Virus record (IMG/VR): IMGVR_UViG_3300028030_000001
Location: 19,397-83,396 of that record
Source: a virus
Direction: 5' to 3' (one strand)
Length of the DNA: 64,000 nucleotides
Made by a program: the position numbers and the translations under genes. Below the pieces are notes generated by a model. That model was given only the letters and a program-made list of their open reading frames with translations, made no database searches and had not been told where the DNA came from. Shown here one piece after another: positions 57,974-64,000 of the stretch (its first letter is position 1; the number at the start of each line of letters is the position of its first letter).

Positions 57974-58596
57974 TGGCCGGGTTATCGCAAGACATAAAGG
58001 AAGTTCTTTCTGAGGTGGGTGTTTCTTATAATTTGTTAAAACCTGACGGAACAATAGGTACGCCAGGTTTTATTGATTTTGCCTCTCACACAGAACACAC
58101 TACTATCACAATTCGTGAGTATTTTATAACAGGCACTGTGTCTTTCGATTCTGAGGCTGTTGTAGGAGATGTTCTTGAACTTGTCGATGGCACTAAGTTG
58201 TTGTTGACTACAAAGCAGCCTGAATATTTTGAAAATACTGTTATAGATTATTTGTATGCGTCATGGGTATGCAATGTTGTTGGAGAGATAAAAAGCCATA
58301 GTGACGAATTTGCGTATGATTCTAATTATGACCCAGTAACTGTAGGGTGGCAAACAGTTTATACTGGTGTCAATGCGGCTCAAATACCGCCAGTTATAGC
58401 TCGCCAACATACCGAGAAAATAGAAGATTTTTTTGTCATAGATGTTGGTAATGATATTTTATATTTAAGTAGCTATTATGACATTTTGCCTGGATATAAG
58501 TGGGTTGTTGGCACTTCAGAGTATATCATAGACAGTGTTACAGATACTTTGGTTAAAGGTTTGCATGTATGTAGTGTAAAGAAAGATACCAGATGA
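57967..58596 (+). CDS. Putative head-closure/neck protein
   Basis: Beta-rich; assigned by position. Confidence 0.45.
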   Translation: MVVAGLSQDIKEVLSEVGVSYNLLKPDGTIGTPGFIDFASHTEHTTITIREYFITGTVSFDSEAVVGDVLELVDGTKLLLTTKQPEYFENTVIDYLYASWVCNVVGEIKSHSDEFAYDSNYDPVTVGWQTVYTGVNAAQIPPVIARQHTEKIEDFFVIDVGNDILYLSSYYDILPGYKWVVGTSEYIIDSVTDTLVKGLHVCSVKKDTR

Positions 58597-58597
58597 T

Positions 58598-59617
58598 ATG
58601 GCACTGAGAACTCATACAGACAATTTGAAACGTATTAGTGGAGCATTAACACAATTATCTAGTGTAATTGATGAAGGTACTTCTACTTATGTTCCTCTTA
58701 ATTTGTATGAGTTTTCTAATGAATTAGCAAGTTTTGAGCGTGGTATGGGCGCAGCTTGGAATTCTGGGCTGTGGTATACAGGAAATACAAAAGGTGTCGC
58801 TCTTACACGCAAATTTGCGTTAATGGCTGTGGCTGATATACGAGATGCTTTGCTTGATAATCCTACCACGAATATATCAAGGAGGTTGAGAGGAGTTTTA
58901 TTAAGTAATACAGAGACCAAATTTAAATATTTACAAGATAGCACTACTGATTATGCTAAGTGGAAGAAAGCTTTCTGGTGGTCGAAACCTATGCCTCTTG
59001 TATTAGGGGGCAATTTGGCTCATGCTTTAACTGCTCTTAAACGAGGTAAGGGTAGTTCTGTAATTACTTTTAATCGCAAGAAAAAATCCCCTTTATACAA
59101 TGTTTTTGATCCTACAGCTAACAGTCATCGTAGCCTAGTACGACAGAGTGATGCTGTTTTGGTTTATAAGTATGCTGAAAGATGGGAATATCAATCTGAT
59201 AATGTTTTAGCCATTATGGCTTATGATTGGGTACTTGATAAGTTCCCTAAATTTGCAGAATATGCAAATAAGGCTCGTGCTTGGTTAGCTAAAGAGGCTA
59301 GTGATAAAGAGAAAAAAGAAGCAAAAATTACGTCAGACGAGAAGCTAAAAAGTTCAAGTGTTACCCGCAAGGATGTTATGGAGGCGTTAGAAGAGTCTTC
59401 TGATATAGTCGGTGATGCTACTAAGCTGTTTAACGAGCATTTAGACAATGAAAGTATTTCAGGACTTACTATAACTGATTCAGCTAAAGGTGGTAGTCTT
59501 AGTGATAAGGTAGAAAAGAAGAATATGGAGGCTTTGAAAGCTCAAATGTCTGAAGAAGATAGAAAACGTATGGAAGAGATAGAAGCTTTGTTAGCTGAGG
59601 AGGGTCTTGATTTTTGA
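58598..59617 (+). CDS. Putative neck/tail-completion protein with charged C-terminal extension
   Basis: YAKWK...PLVLGGNL...YAERWEY pattern; position. Confidence 0.45.
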   Translation: MALRTHTDNLKRISGALTQLSSVIDEGTSTYVPLNLYEFSNELASFERGMGAAWNSGLWYTGNTKGVALTRKFALMAVADIRDALLDNPTTNISRRLRGVLLSNTETKFKYLQDSTTDYAKWKKAFWWSKPMPLVLGGNLAHALTALKRGKGSSVITFNRKKKSPLYNVFDPTANSHRSLVRQSDAVLVYKYAERWEYQSDNVLAIMAYDWVLDKFPKFAEYANKARAWLAKEASDKEKKEAKITSDEKLKSSSVTRKDVMEALEESSDIVGDATKLFNEHLDNESISGLTITDSAKGGSLSDKVEKKNMEALKAQMSEEDRKRMEEIEALLAEEGLDF

Positions 59618-59811
59618 AAATAGTTGAAGTAGTGCCAAGAAAAGTGGTAGTTGTTATGGAGTGGGAGGCTGAGGAGTTAGAAATGTTGTCTTATATCCTC
59701 AGTAATTGTGAGTATAGGTATAACAGTGAAGATCAGTACAGTGTTAAAGTAAAAAATTTTTTAGAAGGTAAATTGTACCCTTTTCTGGAGAAAATAGCTG
59801 ATGTCGATTGA
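59614..59811 (+). CDS. Hypothetical protein
   Basis: GGAGG RBS; overlaps its neighbours. Confidence 0.5.
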   Translation: MKIVEVVPRKVVVVMEWEAEELEMLSYILSNCEYRYNSEDQYSVKVKNFLEGKLYPFLEKIADVD

Positions 59812-60265
59812 CAGAAGACAATCACTGAATAACATAACCAAATCTATAAAGAAGTTTATTGTTGATGGTATGGTAAGTGATTTAGACCTTAAAGTTTTAT
59901 TTGGTTTAGCTTATACTAATACACCACAACAATACGGTAAAGATGCTGTTAGATGGTTGTGTGTTGAGTACGGTGATTTGTTTGTAAACGGGTATTTAGC
60001 TAACTATAGTTTTAACCTGTTTATGTATTATCGTAATGATGAGGAGTATGTAGGTTTATTGAAATTAAGGGATTCAGTTGTAGATTATTTTTATGATTAC
60101 TCTGCGTCTATACCTAATATATCTATACCTTTATATGATGTTAATGACTGGAGTATCATAGGTCATATGAGGACCAATTTAGGTTATGAGACAGGAGCTT
60201 CATTATTAAGCGATAATACAGCAAGTAAGGCTATAAGAGTTGGTTTGATGTGGGCTGTTAAATGA
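59801..60265 (+). CDS. Putative tail terminator
   Basis: Size and position before the tail tube gene. Confidence 0.45.
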   Translation: MSIDRRQSLNNITKSIKKFIVDGMVSDLDLKVLFGLAYTNTPQQYGKDAVRWLCVEYGDLFVNGYLANYSFNLFMYYRNDEEYVGLLKLRDSVVDYFYDYSASIPNISIPLYDVNDWSIIGHMRTNLGYETGASLLSDNTASKAIRVGLMWAVK

Positions 60266-60492
60266 CTGATTTACCAAACAAGAAAGTTGTTGTATATTGT
60301 TCTAAATGTGGTAAGAAATTGTTGTGTAGATATTCTAACGGTTTATGGGAATTCAAGTTTGGTAAGTATGGTGGTGATGCTCTGGTAGATATTAAGATAC
60401 ACGGGTCACTTCAAATAGTGTGTTTAAGGAAATCTTGCAGACACGTAAACACTTTTCATTGTTTACCTGTTACTGATAATCAATCGCTATAG
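60262..60492 (+). CDS. Com-like zinc-finger protein
   Basis: CSKCGKKL...IVCLRKSCRHVN, the Mu Com-like pattern. Confidence 0.6.
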   Translation: MTDLPNKKVVVYCSKCGKKLLCRYSNGLWEFKFGKYGGDALVDIKIHGSLQIVCLRKSCRHVNTFHCLPVTDNQSL

Positions 60493-60604
60493 CGAATATA
60501 TGTATAAAACCTCGGCTTGTTATTAATTCTAAGGATACGGGGTAGCTCCTCGGAATTTATGCCTGACAACTCAGGAAGCTTAGTAAAGCACGCTAACATA
60601 AATT

Positions 60605-61486
60605 ATGGCACGTACAGGTCCTATAACAAAAGATACTTCTACACTGGCTCTTGGGTTAGCCCAGGTTCGTGTGGGTGAATACAGTTCAACTCTCAACATA
60701 ACTACTCCGGTACTTACTGAGGCAGACTCACTCGGCGCATTAGCTGATACAAAGCTTACTGGCAGTGTTGAGTATTGGAGTCATAGTTCAGGTTTTCCCG
60801 CTCTTGAGGATTTTGTTATTCCTCTTAACGAGTCTCAAGCTATGGAAATGGCCTTTGAAGAGGTTACGCCGTTTAACTTAGCTTTGGCTCGTGGTATAAG
60901 TCCGTTTGCTGATGTTGATGCGGATGTTTTGGTAATAGGCTCTACTACAAGTTCAGGCACAACATCTGGGAATATTACACCGGATAATGCAGGGTCAGTA
61001 AACGATGAGTGGACAGTAGTTTTTACAAGTGCCACTACTTACGATGTTTACGGCAAAACTACGGGTTTTGTAGGGTCGGCTACAGACTTGACTTCCGCAT
61101 TCAGCCCGCTTAATGGAAGTGATCCTTATTTTACAATACCGGCCAACTATTTTACGGGTACATGGGCAGAGAACGACACACACGTATTTAGCACTACGGC
61201 TTTTGTGTCTGGCACAAATGCTTACTCTGATCCGCATACTGGTGAGATACCCTTCGGTACAGTAAAGGCTCCTGACTACATAAGGATGGAAGCAGTGTAC
61301 ACATTCCCCAACGGTGTCAATACGCTTACCATTATCTACCCGTATGCTCAGGTAACATCGAGTGTGGAACTTGGTTTCACTAACGATGACAATGCGAAAA
61401 TCTCTATCACTATCAGCTCCAAATCAGTGCCAGCTAGTGCTACGAATTGGGCTAACGCTCCGCAGGGTAAGATGATTTTTGCGTAA
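60605..61486 (+). CDS. Major tail tube protein
   Basis: LGxAQVxVG...SLGAL...EEVTPFNLALA; followed by a hairpin and the chaperone genes. Confidence 0.75.
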   Translation: MARTGPITKDTSTLALGLAQVRVGEYSSTLNITTPVLTEADSLGALADTKLTGSVEYWSHSSGFPALEDFVIPLNESQAMEMAFEEVTPFNLALARGISPFADVDADVLVIGSTTSSGTTSGNITPDNAGSVNDEWTVVFTSATTYDVYGKTTGFVGSATDLTSAFSPLNGSDPYFTIPANYFTGTWAENDTHVFSTTAFVSGTNAYSDPHTGEIPFGTVKAPDYIRMEAVYTFPNGVNTLTIIYPYAQVTSSVELGFTNDDNAKISITISSKSVPASATNWANAPQGKMIFA

Positions 61487-61493
61487 TATTCAG

Positions 61494-61526
61494 TAAACGA
61501 GACGTACATTATGTACGTCTCGTTTA
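61494..61526 (+). terminator. Hairpin/terminator after the tail tube gene
   Basis: TAAACGAGACGTACAT / ATGTACGTCTCGTTTA inverted repeat. Confidence 0.6.
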
Positions 61527-61541
61527 ATATGAGGGGATTTT

Positions 61542-61958
61542 ATGGTTAAAAGTAAGCTCAATCCACAAATTCGTATGTTGGAAGTAGGTGTAAGAGAAGT
61601 AAAAGAAGTTGCTGTATATCCGTTGTCTTTAGCGCATCAATTACAGTTATCAGACATGATTTTTGATGTGGCACAAGCTTTTATGGCTATTGATTTTGAT
61701 GCTGAAGATATAGAAGGTAAAGATAATAGCGTTAAAGCGGTGGAATCAGCAATAGACATTCTTAAAGACAATATAACTAAGCTGTTTCCTTTGATAGCCG
61801 ATGAAGGGGATATAACGGCTGAAAATATTACTAATGTGCAGTTGTTTGAATTAGCTAAGATCGTGTATGAGGTTAATTATGCTGATTTAGCAAAAAACTT
61901 GAAGAGCCTCCCCCAGAAGATGAAAACTCTGGTGAAGGAGGCCAAGAAAGCCAATTAG
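61542..61958 (+). CDS. Tail assembly chaperone (G-type)
   Basis: Position between tail tube and tape measure; slippery A-AAA-AAC at 61892-61898. Confidence 0.75.
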   Translation: MVKSKLNPQIRMLEVGVREVKEVAVYPLSLAHQLQLSDMIFDVAQAFMAIDFDAEDIEGKDNSVKAVESAIDILKDNITKLFPLIADEGDITAENITNVQLFELAKIVYEVNYADLAKNLKSLPQKMKTLVKEAKKAN

Positions 61959-62326
61959 ACAGAATAGTAGCTCAACTCATAAGAGAGTATCCTTCTTATA
62001 ATTTACAGCATTTCTTCGTTTTAGGGTTTAGAGAGGGAGGTCTTACTTATAGCCAAGTTTTATTCTTGTATAAGGCATTGTCAGAGGCTAAATGGGACGA
62101 ATACAAATTTTTAGCCGCTATACATGGCATAAATTTGGATGATGAGAAAAATAGTTCATGTAACAAAGGGATAAGTTCAAACAAGGAAGAATCTAGTTTG
62201 TTGTTTAAGTCACCTGAAGAGTATAAAGAAATGACTGACGAAGAAAGAGACAGATTGACACAAAAAATGATGTCTTATTTTAAGACTCAAGCTGCTGTAT
62301 CGCCAGCGGCTAAGTCGTTAGGTTAG
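61892..62326 (+). CDS. Tail assembly chaperone T segment reached by -1 frameshift
   Basis: The -1 frame is open from 61892 to the stop at 62326 and includes track ORF 62066..62326. Confidence 0.75.
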   Translation, partial: KKLEEPPPEDENSGEGGQESQLDRIVAQLIREYPSYNLQHFFVLGFREGGLTYSQVLFLYKALSEAKWDEYKFLAAIHGINLDDEKNSSCNKGISSNKEESSLLFKSPEEYKEMTDEERDRLTQKMMSYFKTQAAVSPAAKSLG

Positions 62327-62332
62327 TTTATT

Positions 62333-64000
62333 ATGGCTGCGGAAAAAGCTATTTTAGTTATAGGTGCTCAATTAGCTAATGGTACTAAGTCTGCTTTTAA
62401 ATCAGTGTCAGACGGGTTTAAAGCTATATCTGACTCTATGAAAGTACAGGCTCAAGCTCTTAGGGAGTTAGGAAAGAGTTACCAAGCACAGCAAATAGAA
62501 AAATTTGCTGAGGCTCTTGATAAACAGAACAGTAAATTAGCTGTTAGTGGTAAGAAACTTAACAGTTTAGTCACTGATTATAAAAAAGCAGCTTCTGAGA
62601 TAGGCTCTGAAACTTCTTCTGTAGCCAGAAGCGTAGATATATTAGACAAAGCTGTAAACAGGGTAGGAGTAGACTTTTCTAAATTATCCCGCATACAGGT
62701 AGGTACTAAAGGCATAAAGGACGCTGAAACCGCTGTAAAGGAAGTGGCTAAGTCTTTATCTGGTAGTGTGCCTGTTATTCAAGAACGATGGAAGCAACTT
62801 TCCAGGTTGGTAAGTACGGATATACTGTCATTTGAAAAAGCTACCGCTGACATAAAAAAATTTGGTTTAAGTCTTCACGAGCTTATGCAAGTTATGGCGC
62901 AGACAGGCCGTATGTCACCTAAAAGCATTCAAGAGTGGGCTAATGGGCTTAAACTTACTTCTGACGTTATTAAGCTGGTTGAAAAAGGTGTAAATAGGTT
63001 GTCTGAGGCTGAGTTACGGTCTTTAGGTATAAGCCAACAAACAGCCTCTGCTATAACAAAAATAACAGATAAACAAAGGTTATGGGCTAAGGAGTTAGAA
63101 AGAGTCAAATCTATTCAGTCTGATACCATAAATAGTGCTGAGAATTACGCTAAGGCTTTAACCACATTAGCAAAGAAGACACAATATTCTGACGAAAAAT
63201 TTGGTGTATATGCTAAGACATTAAGAGATATACAGGCAGCTTTATCTCGTATGAGTATAGCACAGTCTGGTAATAAAGCATTTATATCCTGGGCCAAGAG
63301 TATAGATAGAGCCGCAGTAGCTTTAGCTGCTTTAGATACTAAGTACCAACATTTGATAGTAACGTCTACAGGCTTTAAGGCTAATTCTATGGAAGGACTC
63401 AAAATATTGGGCTTGGAGTCTGTGGAAGCGGCTAAAAAAGTGGGTGTGTTAGGGAAGTCTTTTGAGTCCTTAGACAAAGAGTTGTCTGTTTTGCAGGCTA
63501 AATATAAATTATCAGATCAAGCTTTAAAAGCTATAAGTGATCAGGCTATAAGTGCTACTAAATCGTTTAAAGATGCGGCTATATGGGTCAAAAATTTCAA
63601 CAAAGAACTGTCTAACGATGTAGGTCTTCGTAAGCTTTTAAGCACGTATAGCGAGTTAATATCCTCTAATAGTACGTTAGCAGACAAAGCACATAAGGCT
63701 ATTCAAGCGTTTATTGATGGAGAGATTACTTTTAAGCAGTTGTCGTCTGCTATGAAAGAGTACAATTCTGTACTTGAAAAGACCAAAACTGATATAGAGG
63801 TTTTATCTATAAAATACAGGGATTTGTTAAGTTCTCAAAGTGTTTTTGCTGATAAGGCTAAAGCACAGTTATTTATACTTAGTCAACAACCAGAAAAAAT
63901 ACGTCAAGTTAGGGAGGAGTTAGCCAGACTAAATAAAACATACAATGTTTTAGATAGAGCTAAGAACAAATTTGAGGCTCTTTTAGCGGCTAATAACAGG
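62333..64000 (+). CDS. Tape measure protein (3'-truncated)
   Basis: ATG at 62333 (MAAEKAIL...). Ala/Lys/Ser-rich helical sequence running off the window end, directly after the chaperones. Confidence 0.85.
   Translation, partial: MAAEKAILVIGAQLANGTKSAFKSVSDGFKAISDSMKVQAQALRELGKSYQAQQIEKFAEALDKQNSKLAVSGKKLNSLVTDYKKAASEIGSETSSVARSVDILDKAVNRVGVDFSKLSRIQVGTKGIKDAETAVKEVAKSLSGSVPVIQERWKQLSRLVSTDILSFEKATADIKKFGLSLHELMQVMAQTGRMSPKSIQEWANGLKLTSDVIKLVEKGVNRLSEAELRSLGISQQTASAITKITDKQRLWAKELERVKSIQSDTINSAENYAKALTTLAKKTQYSDEKFGVYAKTLRDIQAALSRMSIAQSGNKAFISWAKSIDRAAVALAALDTKYQHLIVTSTGFKANSMEGLKILGLESVEAAKKVGVLGKSFESLDKELSVLQAKYKLSDQALKAISDQAISATKSFKDAAIWVKNFNKELSNDVGLRKLLSTYSELISSNSTLADKAHKAIQAFIDGEITFKQLSSAMKEYNSVLEKTKTDIEVLSIKYRDLLSSQSVFADKAKAQLFILSQQPEKIRQVREELARLNKTYNVLDRAKNKFEALLAANNR

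Noticed and set aside
1-64000. Integrase/lysogeny module or diversity-generating retroelement
   Set aside because: I recognised no recombinase, CI-type repressor or reverse transcriptase in the window. The rest of the genome is not visible.

Overview
The window is most of a tailed dsDNA phage genome, probably a siphovirus, and appears circularly permuted: it opens in tail-fibre/baseplate genes and ends inside the tape-measure gene. Layout: (1) 1-9965, + strand: tail-fibre-like genes with an embedded LipM/LplA-family acyltransferase, then a membrane/lysis-type cluster with an orphan response-regulator receiver. (2) 9946-36268, - strand: M15 endolysin, dCMP deaminase, HU, dNMP kinase, ATP-dependent ligase, split SbcC plus SbcD, ThyX, resolvase, family-A polymerase, SNF2 helicase, two orphan methyltransferases, an attC-like cassette, a solo TnpB, primase-helicase and a Cro-like HTH. 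(3) 36.2-48.5 kb, - strand: small early genes with sigma70-type promoters, punctuated by 15 copies of a 16-17 bp palindrome. This region also holds repeats, tRNA-like folds, a duplicated pseudoknot and a perfect parS. (4) 49346-64000, + strand: putative small terminase, portal, large terminase, S49 protease, decoration protein, capsid, neck, tail tube, frameshifted chaperones and tape measure. I saw no integrase, CRISPR array or canonical tRNA. The strongest candidates for new biology are the fibre gene that appears split around the LipM-like enzyme, the two host-type parS sites, and the structured non-coding early region. All family calls come from motif recognition by eye; no database searches were run.
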